The notes beneath the pieces are model-generated. The model did no database searches. It was given only the letters and a program-made list of their open reading frames with translations, and was not told where the DNA came from. A program made the translations under genes and the position numbers. From contig NC_013771.1 in assembly GCF_000025125.1 (NCBI RefSeq), positions 660,001 through 692,000 on the forward strand: DNA of 32,000 nucleotides, given 5' to 3'. How positions within the stretch are numbered: position 1 is the first letter of the stretch; every line of letters begins with the position of its first letter. This document shows positions 11,973 to 22,247 of the stretch, piece by piece. Source of the DNA: Candidatus Atelocyanobacterium thalassa isolate ALOHA. GTDB lineage: Bacteria; Cyanobacteriota; Cyanobacteriia; Cyanobacteriales; Microcystaceae.

Positions 11973-12680
11973 TTAAGTACAATTTAATTCTTCAAATATA
12001 TTATTTCTTGTATGCAATCTTCTTAAATGAGATTCTAGTTCATAAGTCAATCTTTCAGAATCATTTTTAGTATTTTGGAAATCATATATATTTATATCCA
12101 TAGGCAAACCTATGTTTACAATAACTTTTGTCCACCAAGAAGGGAAAAATTGACTATATTGAATACTGATTGGTAAAACTTTTACTATATTATTAGGCTT
12201 TTCAGATTTTACACCTAAAACAATATGAGCTGTACCTCTTTTCAAAGTTCGAATTTGAGATCCCCTAAAGATACCTCCTTCTGGGAAAATAACTAACATC
12301 TTTTCTTTTTTTAAAATTTCTACACTATAATCCAAACCTCCACCAATTAATTGTTTAGAATTAATTGGGAAACCTCCTAATCTTCGGATACACCAACCTT
12401 GAAAACCTTTCATTTCACTAGAAGAAACCATGAAATGTAAATCTCGTCCACTAGTTACACGACCTACCGCATAAGGAATTATTAAGGCATCCCAACGAGA
12501 TCGATGAGTTGGAGTAACGATTACTGAACCGTTTTTAGGAATATTTTCCTTACCTTTGACTACTAAACGACCAAAATACAAGGGTAATATTATCCAAAAT
12601 CCTAAAATATAAGCAATGTAGGTTAGCCAAGGAGAAACTGTAGACTGTAATTTTTCACGTGAACGATTAGGGGTATCCAT
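11973..12680 (-). CDS. plsC: 1-acyl-sn-glycerol-3-phosphate acyltransferase family protein
   Basis: It has an HX4D-type acyltransferase motif (PTHRSRWDALI) and an FPEGG motif (VIFPEGGIFRG). The track ORF extends to 12794 and would overlap the upstream gene. I place the start at the internal Met (MDTPNRS, ATG at 12680-12678), downstream of the upstream stop at 12730. Confidence 0.82.
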   Translation of the reverse strand: MDTPNRSREKLQSTVSPWLTYIAYILGFWIILPLYFGRLVVKGKENIPKNGSVIVTPTHRSRWDALIIPYAVGRVTSGRDLHFMVSSSEMKGFQGWCIRRLGGFPINSKQLIGGGLDYSVEILKKEKMLVIFPEGGIFRGSQIRTLKRGTAHIVLGVKSEKPNNIVKVLPISIQYSQFFPSWWTKVIVNIGLPMDINIYDFQNTKNDSERLTYELESHLRRLHTRNNIFEELNCT

Positions 12681-12729
12681 AAAGTTAAATACAAGTAATA
12701 AAAGTAATAAAAATAATAAACTTAGATAT

Positions 12730-13239
12730 TTAGTTACCCAGCATTTTTTGAACCTTTTCCTGCAAATTCTTACTTTTAGCAACGATTTCTTCAATCTTTA
12801 AAAATCTTTCTAAAGCTAATCCTTGCATTTTTACAGTGCTTTGTCTTTTTTTCTCTGCATTATTCATTATTTCTTCAAGTTTAACAACTACCTTCCTAAA
12901 TTTATCCAGGTCTTCTGAAGAGTTATCAATATTGGGGTTTAGTTGTCTCTGGTTTTTATTAATTTCCATAAATTTTTCAGGAGTTAAACCTTCCTTTTTC
13001 ATTGCTTTGGCCATAATATGCTGCATATTCATTTCAATTCTTTGAAAATGTTTAATTACATTTACAAATTGCTTTAGCTCTAAAGGACTAACTTCCTGTG
13101 AATAAATTGTTTCTGTTTTTATGGTAGGTGATAAAGGTGCTTGAAATTGAGATTTAGCTTTCTGAGGAGATGCGAGTAGTAAAATTGTAACTATGCTGCT
13201 TAATATAGATATTTTAAACATAAAATTTTTCTTGAACAT
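12730..13239 (-). CDS. Secreted/periplasmic hypothetical protein, possibly DUF4168-like
   Basis: The 169-aa ORF has a clear signal-peptide-like N-terminus (MFKKNFMFKISILSSIVTILLLASPQKAKSQ). The mature part is helical and rich in K, E and Q. It lies 49 nt upstream of plsC on the same strand. The family assignment is from memory only. Confidence 0.55.
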   Translation of the reverse strand: MFKKNFMFKISILSSIVTILLLASPQKAKSQFQAPLSPTIKTETIYSQEVSPLELKQFVNVIKHFQRIEMNMQHIMAKAMKKEGLTPEKFMEINKNQRQLNPNIDNSSEDLDKFRKVVVKLEEIMNNAEKKRQSTVKMQGLALERFLKIEEIVAKSKNLQEKVQKMLGN

Positions 13240-13452
13240 TTATTTATAATTCCAGTATAGTTAATTATATTAGACCTCTACTGTCTAAATTGTCATATAT
13301 TTTTTAGTTATTAGTTATTGAATTTTTCTCTAACAATAATATTTGCTAGATTTTAGCTCAATGAAATAGAAATATATCTTACAATCATTATAATCTTGAT
13401 ATATTCTAACAAAAGCCTCTTTACATAAACCTAACAATTAAATTGAATTCTC

Positions 13453-15756
13453 ATGAAGCCCAATAATATTATGAGCCAGGTAAAGAGATTAAATATTATT
13501 ATTAAAGGTATTGTTCAAGGTGTCGGATTTAGACCGTTTATTTATAAATTATCAACAAAGTTAGATTTAAAAGGAGTAGTTATCAACTCTGGATCAGGTA
13601 TTATCATTGAAGTTGAAGGAAATCATAATAATCTACAAAGTTTTTTGTCAAAACTACATCAAGAAAAACCTATAGTATCAAAGATTGACTATGTTAGCGT
13701 TATTATTCTTAAACCTTTTGGTTATTTAACTTTTAAAATTAATAATAGTATTAATGACAAAAAAAATGTTAAGGTTCCTCCTGATATGGCTACATGCCAA
13801 GATTGTTTAGAGGAAATATCTAACCCTATAAGTAGACGGTATTTATATCCTTTTACTAACTGTACTGATTGTGGATCACGCTATAGTATTATTCATGGTT
13901 TACCTTATGATCGTTCTCAGACAAGCATAAAGAAATTTATCATGTGTCAATTTTGTCAAAAAGAATACAATAATTCTTTTAGCAAACGATTTCATTCTCA
14001 AATCAATCTTTGTCCTTATTGTGGCCCCAAATTAAAACTACTAAATCATAGGGGTAAAGTATTATCGTATAGTCTTGAAGCTTTAAGGCAATGTATAAAT
14101 GATCTTAAGGCTGGAAAGATCGTTGCAGTTAAGGGATTAGGAGGATTTCAAATAATTGTTAATGCCAGGAATACAAATTCAATTCATAAATTAAGGAAAT
14201 ATAAAAACCGGCCTAAGAAACCATTTGCCTTAATGTATTCCTCATTAAAAGCTGTAAGAACTGACTGTCAAATTAGTTTATTAGAAAAAGAGTTGTTAAT
14301 TTCTTCACAAGCTCCTATCGTTTTACTTAAGAAGAAGAATAATAATCAAAATTGTAACATTGCACCTAATAATCCGTATTTGGGAGTTATGCTTGCTTCA
14401 ACTTCTTTACACTACTTATTACTAAAAGAATTAAATTTTCCACTTATTATAACTAGTGGAAATATTAATAGTGAACCTATATGTATTAATGAAAAAGAAG
14501 CTGTTCAACAGTTAGGAAATATTGTTGATTTATTTTTAACCCATGATTTTCCAATTGTTCGTCCTATTGACGACTCTGTGGTCAGAATTATACAAGGGAA
14601 AAAATTCTTTATGAGATGTGCTAGAGGATATGCTCCTATATCTTTAACGATACATAAACAATTATATTTTAATTCTAAAAAATTTATAGTACAACCTAGT
14701 ATTTTAGCGGTTGGAAGTCATGCAAAAAATACTGTGGCTATATTAAAGGATAATCAGATTTTTGTAAGTCAATATATTGGGGATCTTAGTGCACTAAAAA
14801 CTTTTGAATCATTTAAAAATACGATTAATAATCTTAGAACTTTATATGAATTTAAGCCAGAAATTATAGTATGTGATAAACATCCTGATTACATATCTAG
14901 TAATTTCGCTGAAATTCAAAATTTACCTTTAAGAAAGGTTCAGCATCATTATGCCCATGCACTTTCTTGTATGTTAGATAATAAATTAAAACCACCAGTT
15001 TTGGGAATTGTTTGGGATGGGACTGGATATGGTGACGACGATAAAGTTTGGGGAGGAGAGTTTATACTAATTTTAGATAATTCTTATAAAAGAATTGCTT
15101 GTCTTCACTCTTTTAAGCTTCCCGGGGGGAATAAAGCTATGAAAGATCCAAAGCGCAGCGCGTTAGGTATATTATACGAAGTACCAAATCTTGAAAAAAA
15201 TCTAGAACTATCTTTTTTTAAAGAGTTCTCAAAACAAGAATTATCTTTATTACAACAAATGTTATCTCTCGACATAAATGTATTTTTAACCACAAGTATA
15301 GGTAGGCTATTTGATGGAGTTGCAGCAATTTTAGGAATATGTTATGAAAATACTTTTGAAGGGCAAAGTTGTATGATGCTAGAACATGCAACCTTAAAAT
15401 TTAAAACTGAAGATAGCTATACTTACAACATAATAAGAATAAAATATCCTTACATAATAGATTGGAAATCTATGATACGAGAAATAATTCAAGATATAAA
15501 TAAAAAAATATCTTCTGAGAAAATTTCTGTAAAATTTCACAATACCCTTGCTGAAATTATTGTTGATATTGCAAAGATATCTCAAGTAAAAAATATCTTG
15601 TTAAGTGGAGGCTGTTTTCAAAACAAATATCTGACAGAGAGAGCAATCTTTAGGCTAGAACAAGAAAATTTCGTTCCTTTCTTTCATCAGAAAGTGCCAT
15701 CTAATGATGAAGGTATAGCAATAGGACAGATAGTAGCAGAAATCATACATAAATAA
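13453..15756 (+). CDS. hypF: [NiFe]-hydrogenase maturation carbamoyltransferase HypF
   Basis: The 767-aa ORF has the full HypF architecture. This comprises an acylphosphatase-like N-terminus (IKGIVQGVGFRPFIYKL), two CxxC-x18-CxxC zinc-finger pairs (CQDC...CTDC; CQFC...CPYC), a YrdC-like domain (KGLGGFQI), and a Kae1-like C-terminus (QHHYAH, WDGTGYGDDDKVWGGEF). Confidence 0.93.
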   Translation: MKPNNIMSQVKRLNIIIKGIVQGVGFRPFIYKLSTKLDLKGVVINSGSGIIIEVEGNHNNLQSFLSKLHQEKPIVSKIDYVSVIILKPFGYLTFKINNSINDKKNVKVPPDMATCQDCLEEISNPISRRYLYPFTNCTDCGSRYSIIHGLPYDRSQTSIKKFIMCQFCQKEYNNSFSKRFHSQINLCPYCGPKLKLLNHRGKVLSYSLEALRQCINDLKAGKIVAVKGLGGFQIIVNARNTNSIHKLRKYKNRPKKPFALMYSSLKAVRTDCQISLLEKELLISSQAPIVLLKKKNNNQNCNIAPNNPYLGVMLASTSLHYLLLKELNFPLIITSGNINSEPICINEKEAVQQLGNIVDLFLTHDFPIVRPIDDSVVRIIQGKKFFMRCARGYAPISLTIHKQLYFNSKKFIVQPSILAVGSHAKNTVAILKDNQIFVSQYIGDLSALKTFESFKNTINNLRTLYEFKPEIIVCDKHPDYISSNFAEIQNLPLRKVQHHYAHALSCMLDNKLKPPVLGIVWDGTGYGDDDKVWGGEFILILDNSYKRIACLHSFKLPGGNKAMKDPKRSALGILYEVPNLEKNLELSFFKEFSKQELSLLQQMLSLDINVFLTTSIGRLFDGVAAILGICYENTFEGQSCMMLEHATLKFKTEDSYTYNIIRIKYPYIIDWKSMIREIIQDINKKISSEKISVKFHNTLAEIIVDIAKISQVKNILLSGGCFQNKYLTERAIFRLEQENFVPFFHQKVPSNDEGIAIGQIVAEIIHK

Positions 15757-15932
15757 TAATATGTAATTCACTGAAAAATTCTTTCTTGTGCCTTGATATA
15801 AAAAAATAATTCCTAGTTCTTAACTTTACTTGATATTTCAATCATGGTATATGTGTAATACAATCTAACAAGATTTATTTTGTATATCAGACAATGTAGA
15901 CTTAGTTATTATATTAAATTTAAAAATATACT

Positions 15933-16328
15933 ATGGAATTAGTGCTTCCTGAAGATTTAAGATTTTTGGATTCTCATGAATATGTTCGTTTAGATGAGAA
16001 AAATGCTGTTATCGGAATTAGCTCTTATGCTATCGAACAATTAGGGGATATAGTATTTTTAGAATTGCCTAATATAGGAGATATTGTAAAGACTGGAGAA
16101 AGTTTTGGTTCAATCGAATCAGTAAAAGCTGCTGAAGAACTTTATCCCCCAATTTCAGGGATTATCATAGATCGCAATGAAACGATTATTGAAAATCCAG
16201 AAAAAATAATTGATGATCCCTATGGAAATGGATGGTTGTTAAAAATACAATTTGAAAGTTTTAACAACGAGTTAGAAAATACTCTTTCAGCGGAAGAATA
16301 TAAATCTATGTTAGACAACTATACCTAA
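15933..16328 (+). CDS. gcvH: Glycine cleavage system protein H
   Basis: The 131-aa ORF contains the lipoyl-lysine motif (GSIESVKAAEELYPPISG) and typical flanks (HEYVR..., GNGWLLKI). Confidence 0.93.
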   Translation: MELVLPEDLRFLDSHEYVRLDEKNAVIGISSYAIEQLGDIVFLELPNIGDIVKTGESFGSIESVKAAEELYPPISGIIIDRNETIIENPEKIIDDPYGNGWLLKIQFESFNNELENTLSAEEYKSMLDNYT

Positions 16329-16337
16329 ACAATAAAA

Positions 16338-16368
16338 AAGATTTAATTATTAGTAGAAATTAAATCTT
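16338..16368. terminator. Hairpin in the convergent gcvH / ispH spacer: 11-bp stem and 9-nt loop
   Basis: aagatttaatt (16338-16348) pairs perfectly with aattaaatctt (16358-16368). It sits between the two convergent stop codons. The stem is almost all A/T, so it is weak. Confidence 0.45.
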
Positions 16369-16397
16369 GGAGTAGTTAACTATTTTGACAAAATAAA

Positions 16398-17600
16398 TTA
16401 AAATTTACATTTTTTAGCTTGAAAAATTCGTTTTACTACTGCTTCGACGACTTTATCAGGAGTTGAAGCTCCAGAAGTAACTCCGATAACTAAGGGCGTA
16501 TTAGGGAGCCAGTTATCTTGAACTACCAAATCCTGTGTTAATGGCTTATGTTCAATTCTATTGCCTAGAAGAATACGTTTTTCACTATCTATATGGTATG
16601 AAGGGATACCTTTCTCTATAGCAATTTCCTGCAAATGTGTAGTGTTTGACGAGTTAAAACCACCAATAACTACCATTAAAGAGATATTTTCTTCTACCAA
16701 ATTTAACATGGCATCCTGACGCTCTTGAGTGGCATCACAAATTGTATTGAAGCTCATAAAATGTTTATTTAATTCAATTGGACCATATTTTTTTAATATA
16801 GTCATTTCAAACATTTTCCCAATTTGTTCCGTTTCACTTTTTAGCATAGTTGTTTGATTTGCTATGCCTAGTTTTATCAAATCTTTGTCAGGATCAAAAT
16901 CCTCTGAACATGCATTTTGGAATTTCTCTAGAAATAATTTTTTATTTCCTCCATTTAGCATATAGTCACAAACATATGCTGCTTCTTCGAGGTTTAGTAC
17001 AACTAGATAAGTTCCAGCAAAAGAACTAGTAGCAACAGTTTCTTCATGCTTATATTTTCCATGAATAATAGATGTATGGTCTCTTTTTTTATGTTTTTCA
17101 ACTGAATTCCAAACCTTAGAGACCCATGGGCAAGTTGTATCAATAATAGTACATCCTATACTATTTAAAAATTGCATTTCTGTAACACTTGCTCCAAAAG
17201 CAGGCAATATAACTACGTCTCCTTGCTTCACAACAGAAAAATCTTTATTTTCACCAACAATTTTAATAAATCCTACATTCATTTCTAATAAACGTTGATT
17301 GACCGAAGGATTATGAATAATCTCATTAGTAATCCATATTTGTTTATCTGCAAAATGTTGACGAGTTTCGTAAGCCATTGCTACTGCACGTTCAACTCCC
17401 CAGCAAAAACCAAAAGCTTCTGCCAAATGAATAGTTATATCACCTTGTTGCCACCTATAGTTGTTGTTGCGAATCTTTTGAATTAGAGAGCTTTGATATT
17501 CTGTATTCATTACTCCCATTACTTCAGCCTCATGCCCAAAACCTTTGCGATGATAATGTATAGACTGTTGTAAAGATCTTTTAAAAGCTTTTGTATCCAT
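16398..17600 (-). CDS. ispH: 4-hydroxy-3-methylbut-2-enyl diphosphate reductase (MEP pathway)
   Basis: The 400-aa ORF has the long cyanobacterial/plant-type N-terminus and IspH motifs ([47 protein letters not shown]). Confidence 0.95.
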   Translation of the reverse strand: MDTKAFKRSLQQSIHYHRKGFGHEAEVMGVMNTEYQSSLIQKIRNNNYRWQQGDITIHLAEAFGFCWGVERAVAMAYETRQHFADKQIWITNEIIHNPSVNQRLLEMNVGFIKIVGENKDFSVVKQGDVVILPAFGASVTEMQFLNSIGCTIIDTTCPWVSKVWNSVEKHKKRDHTSIIHGKYKHEETVATSSFAGTYLVVLNLEEAAYVCDYMLNGGNKKLFLEKFQNACSEDFDPDKDLIKLGIANQTTMLKSETEQIGKMFEMTILKKYGPIELNKHFMSFNTICDATQERQDAMLNLVEENISLMVVIGGFNSSNTTHLQEIAIEKGIPSYHIDSEKRILLGNRIEHKPLTQDLVVQDNWLPNTPLVIGVTSGASTPDKVVEAVVKRIFQAKKCKF

Positions 17601-18070
17601 GATATCGTAAGACTAAATTTATGATTGGTACTAATTATCAATCATCTTTTATAAATGATCAAATTTGTTCAAAAAACTGGTCGAAACTACACTAAATTAA
17701 AATAATAATTTAAATATAAAAAACTATTATTTTAATCAATTCGTTTAAGTCACATGATTTAATACTTGATAGATTTAACTCATTTTCTATAAAAAATTTT
17801 GTATATGATCAAGATATCACTTAATTACATATTAAGGTCAATTTTTAAAGTTATTAATTAATAGTAAGTAAAATCCTGTAATAATAAACTAAAGTCTAAT
17901 ATTAAATTATTTTATAAACATAGAAAAATTTAACATCTTCTAACGCTAAATATTTAGCTTTAGTTTAATTTATGTATATTTTATAGTTTATAACTATCAT
18001 TCATATATGATTTTTGATATGGTAAATATTGGGCAATGCAGTATTAATTTTTATTGATTTAACATTTTTT

Positions 18071-18370
18071 ATGAATAATCCTTTAAAAGAATCTTCCTCA
18101 CAAGAAACGAATCCTTTTAGCTGTCTTATTGGATCATTTCTAGCAGGAATACTAGGCTATGGACTCTATATGTTAACTAGTTCTATTATTCATTCTTTTA
18201 ATGCTAAGCCCATAATTTCTTCCAATCTTCTAATTATAAAATTGGGAAGTTTAGTAAAAACTTTGGTTATGGGTGTTGCTTCATTAGCAACTTTTATGTG
18301 TTTCTTTATATCTTTTGGGCTTATTTTATTAGCTTGTCAATTATTTTTAAATAAAATAAACCATACCTAA
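18071..18370 (+). CDS. Small two-TM membrane protein conserved in cyanobacteria, possibly DUF3082-like
   Basis: There are two hydrophobic segments (FSCLIGSFLAGILGYGLYMLT and LVMGVASLATFMCFFISFGLILLA). The track ORF begins at a TTG at 18029. I prefer the ATG at 18071 (MNNPLKESS...). The family assignment is from memory. Confidence 0.55.
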   Translation: MNNPLKESSSQETNPFSCLIGSFLAGILGYGLYMLTSSIIHSFNAKPIISSNLLIIKLGSLVKTLVMGVASLATFMCFFISFGLILLACQLFLNKINHT

Positions 18371-18508
18371 TATAAAAAAATTCTCTAGTTAAGATAAATT
18401 TATAAGTCAGTGTTTTTCTTCTAGCTTGTCTAATAGTTTAGTAATCTAATATTCAAATACTACTAAAAGTAACCTAACAGTATTTGTTTCAATAATAATA
18501 TTAATTTT

Positions 18509-19273
18509 CTACATATCATTATTAAATAATTTCGTTAAGTACTTCAATGTATTAATTTCTGAAGAACTTAATAAACGATAATGACCAAGCTTTACATTAT
18601 CGACTTTAGAAGTTGACAAAGATATAGGTCCAATAGCAGTACGATGTAATTTAATAACATCTAATTCAAACTTCTGGGCAATACGGCGAATATGTCTATT
18701 TTTACCTTCTGTTAAGATAATTTTTAGATTTGTATATTGTCTATTATTATTAATAACTTCTAGATAAGCAGGTAATGTTTTTTTCCCATCTAAAACAACA
18801 CCTTGGCGCCAATCTTTTAATATTGCCTGTGTGAAGTTTCCTCGTACCAAAACTTCATAGATTTTAGGTAAATGATATCGTGGGTGGGTTAATCTTAAAG
18901 TTAAGTTCCCATCATTTGTTAGCAATAAAGCTCCTGAAGAATTCATGTCAAGTCTTCCAACAGGATGTATTCCCATTCCTTTTCGTAAATTACTAGGCAA
19001 TAAGTCCATTACGATAGAACGGTTTTGAGAATCTTTACAAGAACAAATTATTCCAACAGGTTTATTCACTAATATGTAAAATAATTGTGTCTTTTTGTGA
19101 GATTTAATTATTTTTCCATCTAATTCTAAAAGATCATGATTTGGATCTGCCTTATCTCCTAATAATACGATTTGCCCATTTAATTTCAATCTTTTTTCTA
19201 ATATTAATATTTCTGCATGACGTCTAGAAGCAATTCCCAATTGAGACAAGATTTTTTGTACTCGTTTTTTCAC
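18509..19273 (-). CDS. rRNA pseudouridine synthase, RsuA/RluB family, with an S4 RNA-binding domain
   Basis: It has an N-terminal S4 domain (RVQKILSQLGIASRRHAEILI...NG) and a catalytic motif with Asp (HPVGRLDMNSSGALLLTNDG), followed by GKNRHIRR. Confidence 0.88.
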   Translation of the reverse strand: MKKRVQKILSQLGIASRRHAEILILEKRLKLNGQIVLLGDKADPNHDLLELDGKIIKSHKKTQLFYILVNKPVGIICSCKDSQNRSIVMDLLPSNLRKGMGIHPVGRLDMNSSGALLLTNDGNLTLRLTHPRYHLPKIYEVLVRGNFTQAILKDWRQGVVLDGKKTLPAYLEVINNNRQYTNLKIILTEGKNRHIRRIAQKFELDVIKLHRTAIGPISLSTSKVDNVKLGHYRLLSSSEINTLKYLTKLFNNDM

Positions 19274-19470
19274 TGTTATTGAGCCTCAAAATATTAACAG
19301 GTTTTTCTACCTTTATATTTATGTAATTCATGCCAGCCATAGAACAGAATTGAGGTTTCATATGGCTTTGTAAAAACTTATAAGATTATTAAATTAATAT
19401 TTAATACAACAGATAAAACTTTAAAATTTATATCCTATTTTTTTATAGATTTGACTTATTCATTACAAAT

Positions 19471-21264
19471 CTATAAAGTTTGATTGAATTTATTAGCCAT
19501 TGTTTGTTTTCTAATCCTGATTAACTTGTATATACTTTCTTGTTGAATTAGTGTGTATTCTGATTTTTTTAAATCTAATTTATCTAAATATTTTTTTTCG
19601 CTAACTATTAATATACTTTCCTGGCTATTTATTTGCTCAAAGTATTTAGCAGCAAATCCATTCTCAATATCGGACTCTGTTATTGAATCAACAACGTTTT
19701 GTGTATAGAATACTAAACTTGGACGCATAAAACCTAAAAAAACTACTCTTTCATTTGGCTCTTTCTCAATTTTTATAAGATTAGAAATTTCTCTTAAGGG
19801 AAGATGTCTCTGGCTATCAATAATTTGTGCAGCAGGTAAGCAAACCCAAGAAAAAAATCCTAAGAATCCTAATAAGTTAGCAACCCATAACCAAGAGCGA
19901 TAATTACGCATCCATATCAAAAATAAAGAGAAAAGAACAGCAAACGACCAAATTATTCCTCCTCTTATTAGTAAATGGGATTCTAGTAAAAGTTTTTCTA
20001 ATTCTGGAGCCATAGCTATGGAATGATTACTGATCAAATGATGACTATAAAAAGAAGCTAGAGCAAATCCGCTCAGAATACCAATATTGGCAATACAGCT
20101 TATTAAGAATACAAAAGGCCATATTCTTAAACATGGTTTATTATTGTTAATTCGTTTATTCCAAAACAATGTTACTATAACCGCTAAAGCAGGTATAGAA
20201 GGTAAAATATAACTTATTAATTTTGTTGCAGAAGCAGAAAAAAATAAAAAAATTACAGAAACCCAGCATAGGCAAAATATTCCTAGCTGACTACTACGAG
20301 AAGAGTGTACTACTTCATATCGTTTCCAGAACTTTAGTTCGGTTAATGCAAGAGGCAGATAAGCTGACCAAGGTAGTAATCCCACAGTAATGACAACTAT
20401 ATAGTAATACCAAGGCCCAGGATGACGACTGACTACAGTTGTGAAACGCTGAATATTATGTAGCCCAAAGAAAGTATTAATATACTCTTGTCCATGAGCC
20501 GTGGTAATCATAATAAACCAAGGAATGGAAATTATCATAAAAGATAACAATCCATATACCCAGGGAATTTCTTTAATAACTTGAACAAGTTGCTTTACAT
20601 ATATTAGAAAAACAACAACAATAATACCAGGTAAAACTAAAGCAACAGGACCTTTTGCAAGGATACCCAAAGACATAAAAACCCAGTATCCAAGATACCA
20701 CCACTTTTTAGTTGATAGTCCTAAGAAAACAGGAGAATTCTCCGATTGTGCATAACCCAAAAAAAAAGAAAATAAAGATATAGATATGCTACTTGATAGA
20801 AAGATATCAGAGACACTTGTTCTTCCCCAGGCAATCCAAAAAGGATTCAACGCAATGATTCCTGAACCAATCCAGGCAGCAAGCCATGAACTTTTTGGAT
20901 AAGCAAAATTTTTCAAAGTATAAAAAACTAATACTATTACTAAGATTGCTGCTAATGCTGAAGGAATTCTAGCTCCCCACTCATTAATTCCAAATATTTT
21001 GAACGATAAGCCAATAAGCCAATAAGTTAGAGGCGGTTTATCAAAACGTACCTCTTGATTCCAATATGGTGTGATCCAGTCTCCTGTGATTACCATTTGA
21101 CGGGCAGCTTCCGCGAACATTGGTTCTGTCTTATCTAATAAACCTATGCTTCCCAGCTTTGAGAAAAAAGCAATAAAACTAATTAAAAACAACCATAAAA
21201 CTGAAAATAACCATAGTGTTTTTTTATCCTTTTTCCAAGCATCGATAATTCTATTTTCAAACAT
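19471..21264 (-). CDS. GT-C fold glycosyltransferase, ArnT / PMT (family 39/83)-like polytopic membrane protein
   Basis: The 597-aa ORF has more than 10 hydrophobic segments. It carries the N-terminal loop motif typical of ArnT/PMT enzymes (LDKTEPMFAEAARQMVITGDWITPYWNQEVRFDKPPLTYW). Confidence 0.82.
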   Translation of the reverse strand: MFENRIIDAWKKDKKTLWLFSVLWLFLISFIAFFSKLGSIGLLDKTEPMFAEAARQMVITGDWITPYWNQEVRFDKPPLTYWLIGLSFKIFGINEWGARIPSALAAILVIVLVFYTLKNFAYPKSSWLAAWIGSGIIALNPFWIAWGRTSVSDIFLSSSISISLFSFFLGYAQSENSPVFLGLSTKKWWYLGYWVFMSLGILAKGPVALVLPGIIVVVFLIYVKQLVQVIKEIPWVYGLLSFMIISIPWFIMITTAHGQEYINTFFGLHNIQRFTTVVSRHPGPWYYYIVVITVGLLPWSAYLPLALTELKFWKRYEVVHSSRSSQLGIFCLCWVSVIFLFFSASATKLISYILPSIPALAVIVTLFWNKRINNNKPCLRIWPFVFLISCIANIGILSGFALASFYSHHLISNHSIAMAPELEKLLLESHLLIRGGIIWSFAVLFSLFLIWMRNYRSWLWVANLLGFLGFFSWVCLPAAQIIDSQRHLPLREISNLIKIEKEPNERVVFLGFMRPSLVFYTQNVVDSITESDIENGFAAKYFEQINSQESILIVSEKKYLDKLDLKKSEYTLIQQESIYKLIRIRKQTMANKFNQTL

Positions 21265-21298
21265 TGATAATTTTATTTATTAAATTTATTTTTCCATA

Positions 21299-21946
21299 TT
21301 AAAAATCAAGATATTTATTATTAATGAATTTTAATAAAGTAATGCAGAATAAAAAACCCATAAAAGCAACAACAATACCTGCTAGTAAATCTGTATACCA
21401 ATGGATATTTAAATAAATACTTGACCATCCTATCGTCGTAACAAAAAGAATAGAAATAGTATAGAAAAAAGTTTTCCATTTTGGAAAATAAAAACCCATT
21501 AAATAAGAGAAATATAAATATAGCATTAAATTTCCAGATATGTGCCCACTTGGATAACTTTTCCCATGAACATCAATAAGCCCTGGAATTGGACGAATAC
21601 GACCAAACCATGGTTTTAAGATCTTATCAATCACTAATAAAATCCCCATAGTTGATATGGCTAATACCTGAGCCTCTTTCCAGTAAAATTTCCAACATAA
21701 AAATCCTAGGCCTAAGATAACAACAAGAGCTGCAACCTCCGATTCTCCTAGAAAATAAAAAATTTTAGCTATTCTCGTTAAGATAGGATGTTGATAAAAA
21801 TGAATCCACTCTACTAAAGTTAGATCCGTAGTATTCAATCTACCTGAAATAACTATTTTAGTTAAACTAATGAATATTGTTATGGTAATGAGAAATATAA
21901 TAAAAGTTTTGTAAAACTTACTCAATGAATATTTTTTCAATTTCAT
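21299..21946 (-). CDS. PAP2-family lipid phosphate phosphatase (membrane)
   Basis: All three PAP2 motifs are present: KPWFGRIRP, YPSGH, and HWYTDLLAG. It lies 34 nt upstream of the GT-C gene on the same strand. Confidence 0.85.
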   Translation of the reverse strand: MKLKKYSLSKFYKTFIIFLITITIFISLTKIVISGRLNTTDLTLVEWIHFYQHPILTRIAKIFYFLGESEVAALVVILGLGFLCWKFYWKEAQVLAISTMGILLVIDKILKPWFGRIRPIPGLIDVHGKSYPSGHISGNLMLYLYFSYLMGFYFPKWKTFFYTISILFVTTIGWSSIYLNIHWYTDLLAGIVVAFMGFLFCITLLKFINNKYLDF

Positions 21947-22247
21947 ACTATTAAGTAACTTAAATAGCAGGTATTGCCGTATGATACCATTTAAGACTAA
22001 ATCTAGCTAAAGATCGTTAAAATTCAATAGTTTAAAATTAAAATTAAGTTTTTTGCTTACGTGAATTATTTATAAATACTCAGGTAACTTAAAATTTTAT
22101 ATGCTAAATCATTTATTTTTTTAAGTAAGAGATAGTTATATTACATTTAAAATTCTAATAATAGTGAAATACCTCTAAGAATATTCATTATATGTAGTGG
22201 GTATTAAAAAAGTTATAAGCTGTAACAAAAAAGTTACTTTAACCTTT

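Noticed and set aside
12691-12716. A short tandem-like repeat (gtaataaaa gtaataaaa ataataaa) that translates as poly-Leu in the long plsC ORF.
   Set aside because: It lies in the 49-nt spacer upstream of the preferred plsC start. It is low-complexity AT-rich sequence and too short to count as a meaningful repeat array.
15757-15932. A possible glycine riboswitch upstream of gcvH.
   Set aside because: The 176-nt leader is almost pure A/T and lacks the conserved GGAGAG...CACCG-type cores of glycine riboswitch aptamers.
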